Position numbers and translations under genes: made by a program
Shown: one piece after another, positions 36,203-46,333 of the stretch
How the letters are laid out: each line of letters begins with the position of its first letter
Numbering within the stretch: the stretch's first letter is position 1
Notes under the pieces: model-generated
What the model was told of the DNA's origin: nothing
The model's input: only the letters and a program-made list of their open reading frames with translations
The model's database searches: none
Assembly: GCA_026708545.1 (NCBI GenBank)
Contig: JAPOUT010000091.1
Span: forward strand, 946-64,945
DNA: 64,000 bases
DNA from: Hyphomicrobiales bacterium
Lineage (GTDB): Bacteria; Pseudomonadota; Alphaproteobacteria; JAPOUT01
Reading direction: 5' to 3'

Positions 36203-37543
36203 TTACAAAGCCTTGTGCTTGGCTACGATTTCATCGGCCGCTTCATCCAGCGAGATTTCGCCGTCGATGTACTTGCGAATCACTTGTGACATCACGCGCG
36301 AGTTCACAATCTGAGAAGCCTTTTCCAACTGGCCGTCCGCAACTCCCCAGCGGTCGCCCACCGAAAGGCCGGCAACGATGTCCGATATCACGGCATCCGG
36401 ATAGATATTGCCCAGAGGCTCTTTGCGATCGACGCCGGTCGGCAGCCTGGACCAGAGTTCTTCATATTCCGTGCTACCTGCCGACGGACCTCTGCGTACC
36501 GGGAATTTCCCTTCCGGAGCCATGCCCAGCCAGTCGCCATAGCCGTCGGACACAACAAACTTGACGAACTCGCTGGCCACATCGGTATTGGCATCACTGG
36601 TAATTCCCAAGTAGCGAATATCCGCATAAGCGGCGCCGTCGCGATTGCCGGGACCCGAGAATATGGTCACAAAGCCGGTATCCCGCGCCAGTTCCTTGGT
36701 GGTTGGATCATTGTTGATGGTCACGGGGGCCGAATCACGCAAACCGCCCAATTCGTCCAGCAAAGAAGGTGACCAGATGATCATCGCGGCCTTGCCGCCC
36801 AGATACAATTCACGCGACTGCTTCCAGAACAGATCACCTTCCGGAGAGGCATCGGCAATGGTCTTGTAAAAAGACAGCACTTCCTTCAACTTTCCGGTGT
36901 CTTCGTTGATAGAGCCGTTCGCATTCACCGGGGAATAACCGGCTGCCAGCGAGATGTGCTCAATCAACTGCATCATGTAAGTTTCGTCAATCTTGGTTGC
37001 GGCCACAAAACCATAACGCTCCGGAGGATTATGCAGCGCCTTGATGGCCGCCTCAATGTCGGCAAAGGTGCGCGGCGGATTCAAACCGGCCTCTTCGAAC
37101 AAATCGGCGCGATAAACAACCAACTGCGTCCAGCCGTCGGTCGGCACGGAAACAATTTCACCTTCCGACGTTGCCATTTTGACGGCGCCCGAGGCGAAAC
37201 TGCCTTTGCCCAAATCATTAACCACTTCGTCCGCGGCAGCCGTATCCAGAATGCCTGCGGAAGCAAACGGCAACAGGTGCTGAACTGTGTGATTCAGAAC
37301 GTCGGGCAAATCACCCGCGGCAAACGCCGCTGTCGTGCGTGTCTGAATGTCCTTCTCCGTTACCGGCACAATTCTCACGGAATGGCCGGTCGCCGCCTCA
37401 AAGGCGTCCGCAATTTTTTCCTGCCGTGCCAAACGGTCCGGCTGTTCTTCCATGGTCCACATGGTAATGGTGTCGGCAAAAGCGTTGGTCGCGACAGATG
37501 CCGACAACATCAGTCCGATACTAAACAGGGTGAGTTTTTTCAT
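36203..37543 (-). CDS. Sugar ABC transporter substrate-binding protein
   Basis: Signal peptide MKKLTLFSIGLMLSASVATNAFA. ~420-aa mature SBP_bac_1-like protein. First gene of the operon. Confidence 0.85.
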   Translation of the reverse strand: MKKLTLFSIGLMLSASVATNAFADTITMWTMEEQPDRLARQEKIADAFEAATGHSVRIVPVTEKDIQTRTTAAFAAGDLPDVLNHTVQHLLPFASAGILDTAAADEVVNDLGKGSFASGAVKMATSEGEIVSVPTDGWTQLVVYRADLFEEAGLNPPRTFADIEAAIKALHNPPERYGFVAATKIDETYMMQLIEHISLAAGYSPVNANGSINEDTGKLKEVLSFYKTIADASPEGDLFWKQSRELYLGGKAAMIIWSPSLLDELGGLRDSAPVTINNDPTTKELARDTGFVTIFSGPGNRDGAAYADIRYLGITSDANTDVASEFVKFVVSDGYGDWLGMAPEGKFPVRRGPSAGSTEYEELWSRLPTGVDRKEPLGNIYPDAVISDIVAGLSVGDRWGVADGQLEKASQIVNSRVMSQVIRKYIDGEISLDEAADEIVAKHKAL

Positions 37544-37920
37544 ATTACCCTCCTAACTTGGGTTCGTGTTGTGATGACTACAGCAAGCCACCGCTCATCC
37601 ACGCGCAACCCCACGCTGCAAGAGCCCGACGCCGCAAGGGATATTTGTAAATCCTCCAAGTTTGGATACTACGCCGAAAATCCCTCCGTAATCAATGCGG
37701 TTTGCGCGTTTTTTCTTGATGCCTTTTTGGAGATTGCATGCGGGCCCTGCCAAAATCCCCAGAAAACGGCGGAAAAGCGCGAATTTTAAGATATCGCACA
37801 ATTCAGGCGACGGGCTCCCTTTCTTTTCATATAACGGCAGCCTGAAAACTGGAAAGTATGAATTTTCCTTGGTAATGTCGGATATTGAAACTCGTCCGCA
37901 CCTAAAAGGGAATTGTCGCA

Positions 37921-39102
37921 GTGCCCCGTCCCGCCTTTGAATCGCCCGCCTTTCTGAAAGACCATGTCGCCTCAATTCTCTCCTTCTACGAGCCGAATGC
38001 ATATGATCCTTCAGGCGGGTTCTTCCAGAACTTCCGTGACGACGGCACGGTCTATGATGCCGGAACACGTCATTTGGTCAGCTCGACGCGGTTTGTGTTT
38101 AACTATGCCAACGCCTATCTGCAAAACGGCACGGCACGGCATCTCGACTGGGCCGCACACGGCTTTGCCTATCTCCTAACCCGTCATCGCCAATCCAACG
38201 GTGCTTATATCTGGCAGCTTAACGGAAACGAGGTCGAAGATGGCCGGGCAATGGCTTACGGGCATGCGTTTGTGATGCTCGCGGCGGCATGGGCGGCGCG
38301 GCTGGAAATTGAAGAAGCCGAACGCACGCTCCGCGAGGTTTGGAATTTCATGGAGGCGTACTTCTGGGAGCCCGAACATGCCGCCTATGCCGACGAACGC
38401 GACGCCTCGCTTCAGACACTCAGTCCCTATCGAGGCCAGAATGCGAATATGCATACGGTCGAAGCTCTGATTGCGGCTTACGAAACAACGCGGGAAAACA
38501 AATATCTGGAACGTGCGGAATTGGTAGCCGGCCATTTCTGCCGGACCCTCGCCGCTGCGGCGGAAGGACAGATATGGGAGCATTATACGCAAGACTGGGC
38601 ACCCGATTGGAATTACAACATCGACAAGCCCGACGACCTTTTTAAACCCTGGGGGTTTCAACCCGGCCACCAAGCGGAATGGGCAAAATTGCTGCTGCAA
38701 CTTGACGCTCTCAGGCCGCAAGACTGGTATTTGCCGACGGCGCGCCGAATGTTTGATAATGCAATGGCAAAGGGCTGGGACAAAGACCATGGCGGATTGG
38801 TCTACGGCTACGCGCCGGACGGCGGTGTTGCCGATGCACATAAATATTTCTGGGTGCATGCAGAAGCGTTCGCTGCCGCCTGGCGGCTTTACGACAGAAC
38901 GGGTTCCCAGCATTACCTTGACGAGTACAAGCGGGTGTGGCGCTGGGCTTGGGACCATCTGGTGGACCATGAACACGGTGCCTGGTATCGCATTGTGGCC
39001 CGCAACGGACAATGGCTGGAGCCTTACAAGTCACCGATTGGCAAGGTGGATTACCACACGATGGGCGCCTGCTGGGATGTTTTGCGGGTACAGAAAGGCT
39101 GA
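37921..39102 (+). CDS. AGE-family (N-acylglucosamine 2-epimerase fold) sugar epimerase/isomerase (mannose isomerase / cellobiose 2-epimerase / YihS-like)
   Basis: GTG start. LKDHVASILSFYEP...GGFFQNF... and the (alpha/alpha)6 repeat pattern are typical of the AGE superfamily. Divergent from the SBP gene. Confidence 0.75.
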   Translation: MPRPAFESPAFLKDHVASILSFYEPNAYDPSGGFFQNFRDDGTVYDAGTRHLVSSTRFVFNYANAYLQNGTARHLDWAAHGFAYLLTRHRQSNGAYIWQLNGNEVEDGRAMAYGHAFVMLAAAWAARLEIEEAERTLREVWNFMEAYFWEPEHAAYADERDASLQTLSPYRGQNANMHTVEALIAAYETTRENKYLERAELVAGHFCRTLAAAAEGQIWEHYTQDWAPDWNYNIDKPDDLFKPWGFQPGHQAEWAKLLLQLDALRPQDWYLPTARRMFDNAMAKGWDKDHGGLVYGYAPDGGVADAHKYFWVHAEAFAAAWRLYDRTGSQHYLDEYKRVWRWAWDHLVDHEHGAWYRIVARNGQWLEPYKSPIGKVDYHTMGACWDVLRVQKG

Positions 39103-39136
39103 ACTTCAACACCCGGCCTTTGCGAACAAGTGCCTG

Positions 39137-40141
39137 CTAGCCTCTCCGGAGCATTTCATTTTCATCAAAATGATGGATGCGTCCGTCCATCGGAGTGACG
39201 TAGATGATGTCGCCATGCCCGAGATTGTTTTCACCTTCGGCTCGAACCGTAAGCTGCGTGTCGTCTTTCAGGGTGACATGGAGGAAAGTGTCCGCGCCAA
39301 AATGTTCCGCAATCCCGATGCTCCCCTTCCATGTTCCGCTTTGCGTGGACAATGTTAAATGTTCCGGGCGTATGCCTATGGCATGGGCGGAACGGTCCGC
39401 GGCAAAATCGCCATAGAGGAAATTCATCTTTGGAGAACCGATAAAACCCGCGACAAACATATTGACCGGATTGCGGTAAAGTTCCATGGGCGATCCTACC
39501 TGCTCGACCGTGCCGGCATTTAACACGACAATTTTGTCCGCCATGGTCATGGCCTCCACTTGATCGTGCGTCACATAAATCATTGTTGTGCCGAGGCTCT
39601 GGTGAAGACGGGAAATCTCAAGCCGCATATTCACCCGCAAAGCCGCATCGAGGTTTGACAAGGGCTCATCGAACAAAAAAGCCTTTGGTTCGCGGACAAT
39701 TGCGCGGCCGATTGCCACACGTTGGCGTTGTCCGCCGGACAATTGGCCGGGACGGCGGTCCAGATACGAACTCAGGTTCAGAATATCGGCCGCAGAGGTG
39801 ACGCGTTTTTCGATCTCCTCGCGCCCCGCCTTTGCCATCTTCAGGGGAAAAGCGATGTTGTTGCGCACCGTCATGTGCGGATAAAGCGCGTAGGATTGGA
39901 ATACCATCGCCAATCCGCGACGTGCCGGACGAACATGCGTTGCATCCTCGCCATTAATAAGAACCTGCCCGGATGTCACGTCTTCCAGTCCCGCAATCAT
40001 GCGCAGAAGCGTTGATTTTCCGCAACCCGAAGGGCCAACGAAAACGACGAACTCGCCTTCATCAATTTCCAAATTCATCGGCGGAATAACTTCCAGCTTG
40101 CCGAATCTCTTCGTTACGTTTTTGAGTTGTATTCTACCCAT
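39137..40141 (-). CDS. Sugar ABC transporter ATP-binding protein (MalK/UgpC-like), second system
   Basis: [14 protein letters not shown]...GPSGCGKST...LSGGQRQR. Confidence 0.9.
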   Translation of the reverse strand: MGRIQLKNVTKRFGKLEVIPPMNLEIDEGEFVVFVGPSGCGKSTLLRMIAGLEDVTSGQVLINGEDATHVRPARRGLAMVFQSYALYPHMTVRNNIAFPLKMAKAGREEIEKRVTSAADILNLSSYLDRRPGQLSGGQRQRVAIGRAIVREPKAFLFDEPLSNLDAALRVNMRLEISRLHQSLGTTMIYVTHDQVEAMTMADKIVVLNAGTVEQVGSPMELYRNPVNMFVAGFIGSPKMNFLYGDFAADRSAHAIGIRPEHLTLSTQSGTWKGSIGIAEHFGADTFLHVTLKDDTQLTVRAEGENNLGHGDIIYVTPMDGRIHHFDENEMLRRG

Positions 40142-40150
40142 CGTCTTTTC

Positions 40151-40981
40151 CTATTTTACAGCGCCAAAAGTGAGGCCTCGAACCAACTGCTTCTGGCAAA
40201 ACCATCCCATAATCAGAATCGGGGCGATCGCCATCGTCGAAGCCGCAGATAATTTCGCGTAGAACAATCCCTCCGGGCTGGAGAAACTCGCAATAAACGC
40301 CGTCAGCGGCGCGGCATCAACGGTTGTCAGGTTGATTGTCCAGAAAGCCTCGTTCCAAGCCAGAATGATATTCAATAACAAAGTCGATGCAATCCCGGGA
40401 AGCGCCATGGGCGTGAGGATGTGTACCACTTCGTTCAAAAGAGGCGCGCCGTCCATGCGGGCGGCTTCGAGAATTTCGACCGGAATTTCCCTGAAATAGG
40501 TATAGAGCATCCAAACTATGATCGGCAGGTTAATCAGCGTCAGCACGAACAGCAGGCCGAATCGCGTATCCAGCATCCCGAAATCGCGAAACAAAAGATA
40601 AATCGGCACCAGCACGCCGACCGGAGGCAGCATCTTGGTCGACAGCATCCACATCAGAATGTTTTTGGTCTGTTTTCCAGGCACGAAGGCCATCGCCCAT
40701 GCCGCCGGAATGGCAATCAACAAGCCAAGCACGGTGGAACCGACCGAAATAATCACCGAATTCATAAAAAAGCGAAAATAATCGGCACGCTCAAAAACTG
40801 CGTCATAGTTTTCCAGCGTCCATTCAAAATTGAAAAAGACGGGAGGCGACGCAATCGCGACAGCCTCCGTTTTAAACCCGGTCAGAAACGTCCACAGGAT
40901 GGGAAAGAAAATCGCCATGCCGACAGCCCAGGCAAAAGCCGTTACTGCAATCTTTTGGTAAGGGATTTTTTTCTGCGCCAT
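40151..40981 (-). CDS. Sugar/polyol ABC transporter permease (MalG-like)
   Basis: EAA loop AARMDGAPLLNEVVHILTPMALPG. 276 aa. Confidence 0.85.
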   Translation of the reverse strand: MAQKKIPYQKIAVTAFAWAVGMAIFFPILWTFLTGFKTEAVAIASPPVFFNFEWTLENYDAVFERADYFRFFMNSVIISVGSTVLGLLIAIPAAWAMAFVPGKQTKNILMWMLSTKMLPPVGVLVPIYLLFRDFGMLDTRFGLLFVLTLINLPIIVWMLYTYFREIPVEILEAARMDGAPLLNEVVHILTPMALPGIASTLLLNIILAWNEAFWTINLTTVDAAPLTAFIASFSSPEGLFYAKLSAASTMAIAPILIMGWFCQKQLVRGLTFGAVK

Positions 40982-40984
40982 TGC

Positions 40985-41857
40985 CTAGTTCTCCAGATTT
41001 TTACCAATCATGCGCATCAGGAAAACGGCAACGATATTCGCGAGAACGACCGCGACAATGCCGCCCGCCGAGCCTCCGCCGACGTCAAACTGCAGCAGCG
41101 ATTGCGCGTAAACAAGATAGGTTATGTTTGTGGAAGCGTATCCGGGCCCGCCGTTCGTAGTGACAAGAATTTCCGCAAAAATGGACAGGAGAAAGATCGT
41201 TAAAATAAGTATGACGACGGTAATGGCGCGTGAAAGATGGGGCAATACAATATGGTAGAAACGGTTGAATTTCCGCGCGCCGTCCATTTTCGCTGCTTCG
41301 ATTTGTTCCTTGTCCAGTGATTGCAACGCCGTCAAAAATATCAGCGTTGCGAAAGGCAGCCATTGCCATGCAACGATAAAAGTAATGGACAGCAGAGGCG
41401 CCTGGCCGAAAAAGTCAAAAGCCTCCAACCCGAGGCCTTTTGCCAAATGGGCAAAAAGCCCGTTTACGGGATTCATAAACATGTTCTTCCAGACCAGGGC
41501 GGAAACGGTAGGCATGATGAAAAAAGGGGCAATCACCAGAATTCGGACGATCCCCTGCCCCCACATGGGCTGGTCCAGCAAGACGGCGAGACCGACACCT
41601 CCGCAAACCGTAAGAAACAGCACGCCGAGAACCAATTGCAAGGTGTTCGCCAACGCCTCAAAAAAAGCCGGATCCGTCAGAAAGAATTCGTAATTGGTCA
41701 AACCGATCCATTCTTCCAGTCCCGGCGAAAGGAGATTGTAATTTAGAAAAGAAAAATAAATCGTCATCGAGAGCGGCACAATCATCCACCCCAGCAGCAG
41801 GAAGACTGCGGGTGAAATCATAAACCGCGCCGTGATGCGCGAATGGTCGGTCGCCAT
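40985..41857 (-). CDS. Sugar/polyol ABC transporter permease (MalF-like)
   Basis: Start ATG 41857 (MATDHS...) is preceded by GGGAGGG. EAA loop AAKMDGARKFNRFYHIVLP. Confidence 0.85.
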   Translation of the reverse strand: MATDHSRITARFMISPAVFLLLGWMIVPLSMTIYFSFLNYNLLSPGLEEWIGLTNYEFFLTDPAFFEALANTLQLVLGVLFLTVCGGVGLAVLLDQPMWGQGIVRILVIAPFFIMPTVSALVWKNMFMNPVNGLFAHLAKGLGLEAFDFFGQAPLLSITFIVAWQWLPFATLIFLTALQSLDKEQIEAAKMDGARKFNRFYHIVLPHLSRAITVVILILTIFLLSIFAEILVTTNGGPGYASTNITYLVYAQSLLQFDVGGGSAGGIVAVVLANIVAVFLMRMIGKNLEN

Positions 41858-41946
41858 AATCCGATACCCTCCCATTAAATGAAAGGAGAGCGCAAGAGGG
41901 CGCCGCTTAAATAAGCGAACGCCCTCCTGTTGAGAAGATTAGGAGG

Positions 41947-43257
41947 TTATTTGATATAACCCGCCTTCTTCATTGCGCGCTCTGTCAAATCTTGCGCGTT
42001 TTTCAGCGCAACGTCTGCACTGATCTGGCCGGCAAGCGCGGCAGAGAATTGCTGGCCGACAGCCGTTGCAATGCCCTGGAATTCCGGAATGGCAACGAAC
42101 TGGATGCCTACGTAAGGCACCGGATCAACCGCCGGATTTGTCGGGTCAGCAGAATTAATGCTGTCGAGCGTCATCTGAGCGAACGGCACCTTGGCGTATT
42201 CCGGGTTTTCATACAAAGACGTCCGCGTGCCCGGAGGTACGTTTGCCCACCCCTCCTTGGATGCGACCAAGGCGAGATAGTCTTTCGACGTTGCCCAGTT
42301 GATGAATTTCTTCGCCGCTTCAACTTTCTGGGAGCCGGCAGGAATGGCCAGGCTCCACGCCCACAACCAGTTTCCGCGCTTGCCCAGACCCTTGTCCGGC
42401 GCCAGCGCGAAGCCGACCCGGTCGTGAACCTGGCTGTCATTCGGGTTCGTGACGAAAGAGGCCGCGACGGTGGCGTCAATCCACATGCCGCATTTGCCGG
42501 TTTGAAACAGCGCAAGGTTTTCATTGAACCCGTTTGAAGAGGCTCCCGGAGGGCCTGATTCTTCCATCATCTCCAGATAAAAGTTCAGTGTCTCTTTCCA
42601 AGCGTTACCGTCGAACTGCGGATTCCAGTCCAAGTCAAACCATCTGGCGCCAAAAGAATTCGACATCGCAGTAATGAACGCCGCGTTTTCACCCCAGCCT
42701 GCCTTGCCGCGCAAGCAAACGCCGTACACCTCGTTGTCCTTATCCGTCATGGCTTTGGCCGCCTCGCGGATAAAGTCCCAGGTTGGCGCGTCTGGCATGG
42801 TCAAGCCTGCTTTCTCCATCAGGTCCGTTCGATACATGACCATGGAACTTTCTCCATAGAACGGTGCGGCGTAAAGGCTGCCGTCAACGCTCAATCCGCC
42901 GCGAATAGCGGGAAGGAGATCATCGATATCGTAAGATGCAGGCAAATCGTCGAGAGAAACCAGCCAGCCCTCCCTTGCCCAGATCGGCACCTCATACGTG
43001 CCGATGGTCATGATGTCATATTGCCCGCCCTTCGTCGCGATGTCCGTGGTCACCCGCTGGCGAAGAACATTTTCTTCCAAGGTAACCCAGTTGAGTTCGA
43101 TGCCGGGGTTTTTCTCCGTAAAATCCGAAGTCAGCTTCTGCATCCGAATCATGTCGCCATTGTTCACAGTGGCGATCGTAAGGCTTTGGGCGAAAGCCGC
43201 GCCCGAAGCCAGAGACACCACCGCCGCGGCGCAAAAAATCTGCGTAATTCTCTTCAT
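41947..43257 (-). CDS. Sugar/polyol ABC transporter substrate-binding protein (SmoE-like)
   Basis: Start at MKRITQIFCAAAVVSLASGAAFAQ (ATG 43257, AAGGA Shine-Dalgarno). The listed upstream extension is spurious. Confidence 0.85.
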   Translation of the reverse strand: MKRITQIFCAAAVVSLASGAAFAQSLTIATVNNGDMIRMQKLTSDFTEKNPGIELNWVTLEENVLRQRVTTDIATKGGQYDIMTIGTYEVPIWAREGWLVSLDDLPASYDIDDLLPAIRGGLSVDGSLYAAPFYGESSMVMYRTDLMEKAGLTMPDAPTWDFIREAAKAMTDKDNEVYGVCLRGKAGWGENAAFITAMSNSFGARWFDLDWNPQFDGNAWKETLNFYLEMMEESGPPGASSNGFNENLALFQTGKCGMWIDATVAASFVTNPNDSQVHDRVGFALAPDKGLGKRGNWLWAWSLAIPAGSQKVEAAKKFINWATSKDYLALVASKEGWANVPPGTRTSLYENPEYAKVPFAQMTLDSINSADPTNPAVDPVPYVGIQFVAIPEFQGIATAVGQQFSAALAGQISADVALKNAQDLTERAMKKAGYIK

Positions 43258-43386
43258 TGCATTTTCCTTTGTTTCTGTTACATATCCCGCCGACGGAGGC
43301 ATTCCGCCCACGCGTTTAGACACATACTCGCCCTTCCGAACAGTGGAGTCAATACATTTAGCGGTGATTCGGGAAACCCGGCCGCT

Positions 43387-43836
43387 TCATTCACACCCCC
43401 CTTCCTTGCGGCATTTCCGAAAAAACTCCTGCAGGAGTTGCGCCGATTCCCCTGCCGCGATTCCCCCGTAAACCTCCGGGGCATGATGGCAGGTCGGCAG
43501 CGAAAACCACCCGATTCCCCCGCCTTTTTCATCTTCTGCACCATAGTAGAGACGGCGGATTCGTGCAAATGAAATGACCCCTGCGCACATGGTGCAAGGC
43601 TCGAGTGTGACATAAAGGTCGCAATTGAAAAGCCTCGCCGTGCCCAGGATTTTCGCGGCCTTGCGGAGAACGAGCATCTCGGCATGGGCGGACGGGTCCG
43701 ACGTCTCGATGGTGCGGTTTCCATCGCTGGCGACGACGTCCCCCTCGCCCGAAACGACCGCCGCGCCGACGGGAACCTCTCCGCGTTCGAAAGCGCCGCG
43801 TGCTTCTTTCAGGGCTTGCTTCATGGCCGCCGACAT
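43387..43836 (-). CDS. tadA: tRNA-specific adenosine deaminase
   Basis: [28 protein letters not shown]...HAEMLVLR...[10 protein letters not shown], the CDA zinc motifs HAE/PCxxC. Confidence 0.85.
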   Translation of the reverse strand: MSAAMKQALKEARGAFERGEVPVGAAVVSGEGDVVASDGNRTIETSDPSAHAEMLVLRKAAKILGTARLFNCDLYVTLEPCTMCAGVISFARIRRLYYGAEDEKGGGIGWFSLPTCHHAPEVYGGIAAGESAQLLQEFFRKCRKEGGCE

Positions 43837-43872
43837 TCTGCTATCCTTGCAAAAACAGCGGTGAAAGGGAAG

Positions 43873-44586
43873 ATGAAAGAAGAGCGTATAGCAAAATATT
43901 TGGCCCGGCGGGGAGCCGGGTCCCGGCGTGATGCGGAACGCTGGATTTTCGAGGGACGCGTGCGCGTGGACGGCGTTCGCCTTGAGACCCCCGCCGTCAA
44001 CGTAAAGGCGGGACAGCAGATTACACTTGACGGCATCGTGATGGGAGAAAAACCGCCGACGCGATTGTGGCGTTACCATAAACCCCGCGGCTTGGTGACG
44101 ACCCGCCGGGACACCCACGGGCGCAAGACAGTGTTTGATTCCCTGCCGGAGAATTTACCCCGGGTAATCAGTGTCGGCCGCCTCGATATGGAAAGCGAAG
44201 GCTTGTTGCTGCTCACCAACGACGGCGGGCTTGCGAGGTCATTGGAGTTGCCCGCGTCCGGATGGGAGCGGCGCTATCGCGTGTGCGCAAAAGGAACGCT
44301 CACGCGGCGCGGCCTGGAACGACTCAATCAAGGCATGGAGATTCGAGGCATTCGTTATTCCTGTCACGCCCGTGTCGAAAAACGTGCCGGCGATGATGTT
44401 TGGCTGTTGATGACATTGCATGAAGGAAAAAACCGCCAGATCCGCCGAATGCTCCAACATATCGGCTTGAGCGTGGAGCGGCTGGTAAGACTTTCCCACG
44501 GGCCCTTTCGACTCGCCCGCCTTGCGCCGGGAGACGTGCGCGAGGTTCCCGCAACCGCGCTGGAACGGTTCAATCATGCGCATTAG
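43873..44586 (+). CDS. RluB/RsuA-family pseudouridine synthase
   Basis: S4 domain ([31 protein letters not shown]) plus the catalytic [18 protein letters not shown] motif. Confidence 0.8.
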   Translation: MKEERIAKYLARRGAGSRRDAERWIFEGRVRVDGVRLETPAVNVKAGQQITLDGIVMGEKPPTRLWRYHKPRGLVTTRRDTHGRKTVFDSLPENLPRVISVGRLDMESEGLLLLTNDGGLARSLELPASGWERRYRVCAKGTLTRRGLERLNQGMEIRGIRYSCHARVEKRAGDDVWLLMTLHEGKNRQIRRMLQHIGLSVERLVRLSHGPFRLARLAPGDVREVPATALERFNHAH

Positions 44587-45145
44587 CGGAGGAAGGCTTC
44601 GAGGACGCAGGCTTGCGCCCCTTCACGGCAAAAACATCCGACCGAGCGCGGAAAAAATTCGACAGGCCATGTTCAACGCCCTTGCCTCGCGGCGGCAAAG
44701 CGACAGCCTTGCCGGCTTGCGCGTGCTCGATGCTTTCGCCGGCAGCGGCGTTCTCGGCTTCGAGGCATTATCGAGAGATGCATCGTTTGTGTTGTTCCTT
44801 GATAAAGATAAAAACGCCCTCGCAACCATCCGCCACAACGCCGACAAACTCGAACTCGACAAAAATTTCGACCTGCGCCACCGGGACATCACCCGTTTGG
44901 GAAAAATTCCCAAAACCATAGAACCGTTCGATTTGGTTTTTTGCGACCCGCCCTACTCCAAGGGTCTGGGCGAACGTGCCTTGGCGAGGCTCGAAGCGGG
45001 AGGCTGGCTCTCAACAAACGCAATAGTCGTGGTGGAGGAATCCGCAAACGCGGCCCTCGCGCCTCCGCCATCGTTGAAAACTTTTCTCCAGCGCCGCTAT
45101 GGAGACACGGAATTATTTTGGTTTATACTCGGTCCATGCGCCTGA
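44576..45145 (+). CDS. rsmD: 16S rRNA (guanine966-N2)-methyltransferase RsmD
   Basis: [13 protein letters not shown]...[18 protein letters not shown]...DLVFCDPPY. The start overlaps the end of the upstream gene. Confidence 0.8.
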   Translation: MRISGGRLRGRRLAPLHGKNIRPSAEKIRQAMFNALASRRQSDSLAGLRVLDAFAGSGVLGFEALSRDASFVLFLDKDKNALATIRHNADKLELDKNFDLRHRDITRLGKIPKTIEPFDLVFCDPPYSKGLGERALARLEAGGWLSTNAIVVVEESANAALAPPPSLKTFLQRRYGDTELFWFILGPCA

Positions 45146-46278
45146 AACACTGTTACAACTTTGAAGATTACCGCTCACTGGCCCGCCAACGCCTTCCCGC
45201 TCCGATTTTCCATTACATTGACGGCGGTGCGGACGACGAGGTCACCCGTCGCAAGAATGCGGAGAGTTTCAACGACGTTGACCTCGTCCCCGATGTTTTA
45301 CGCGGTGTCGGGGATGTGGACATGTCAGTGCAAGTGATGGGGCAAAAACTCGCAACGCCGTTCTATTGCTCGCCGACAGCATTGCAGCGATTGTTTCACC
45401 CCGATGGCGAATATGCCGTCGGCGCGGCGGCAAATGCAATGGGCACGATGTTCGGAGTTTCGTCGCTGGGAACGGTGAGCATCGAAGAACTGCGGCGCAG
45501 ATACAAGACTCCGCAGGCATACCAGTTCTATTTCCACAAGGATCGAGGCGTGAACCGGGCAATGATGGAGCGCGCCAAGGCCGCAGGAGTTGACGTCATG
45601 ATGCTCACGGTCGATACCATCACCGGCGGCAATCGGGAGCGTGACCTTCGAACCGGTTTTTCCATTCCGCTGCGCCTGACGCTTGGAGGGATGATGTCGT
45701 TTGCGCTAAAGCCGCGTTGGATTCTCGATTACCTCCGCCATGAAAAATTCCGCTTTCCCCAGCTGGAAGATCACATCGACATGAGCGGCGGAGCGATTTC
45801 GGTCGGCAAATATCTCACCGAAACGCTTGACCCCGCCATGAGCTGGGATGACGCCGCCGAGATGGTCGCGCAATGGGACGGACAATTCTGTTTGAAGGGC
45901 GTGATGTCGGTCGCGGACGCCAAGCGCGCCGTCGACATCGGCTGCAACGGAATCATTCTATCCAACCACGGCGGGCGGCAACTGGACGGTTCACGCACCG
46001 CTTTCGATCAACTCGGCGAAGTGGTTGATGCCGTCGGCGGCAACATTGATATCATGATGGACGGGGGAATCAAACGGGGCACCCACGTCCTCAAGGCCCT
46101 GGCGATGGGGGCAAAGGCGGTGGGGATCGGTCGCTACTATCTCTTCGCCCTTGCCGCCGCCGGACAGGAGGGCGTTGAGCACGCCCTCAACACCCTCAAA
46201 TCCGAGGTGGAAAGGGATATGAAACTCATGGGGTGCACATCACTTTCCCGACTCTCGAAAGCAAACCTTGCATTTTGA
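45136..46278 (+). CDS. FMN-dependent alpha-hydroxy acid dehydrogenase (L-lactate dehydrogenase LldD-like)
   Basis: 380 aa. ...ILSNHGGRQLDG...MMDGGIKRGTHVLKALAMGA matches the FMN_dh family. Confidence 0.8.
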   Translation: MRLKHCYNFEDYRSLARQRLPAPIFHYIDGGADDEVTRRKNAESFNDVDLVPDVLRGVGDVDMSVQVMGQKLATPFYCSPTALQRLFHPDGEYAVGAAANAMGTMFGVSSLGTVSIEELRRRYKTPQAYQFYFHKDRGVNRAMMERAKAAGVDVMMLTVDTITGGNRERDLRTGFSIPLRLTLGGMMSFALKPRWILDYLRHEKFRFPQLEDHIDMSGGAISVGKYLTETLDPAMSWDDAAEMVAQWDGQFCLKGVMSVADAKRAVDIGCNGIILSNHGGRQLDGSRTAFDQLGEVVDAVGGNIDIMMDGGIKRGTHVLKALAMGAKAVGIGRYYLFALAAAGQEGVEHALNTLKSEVERDMKLMGCTSLSRLSKANLAF

Positions 46279-46333
46279 ACATCCTCGCATCATCGAGTCT
46301 CGGAAAATTTATCCGCCCCGTTGCGAGTGAAGA

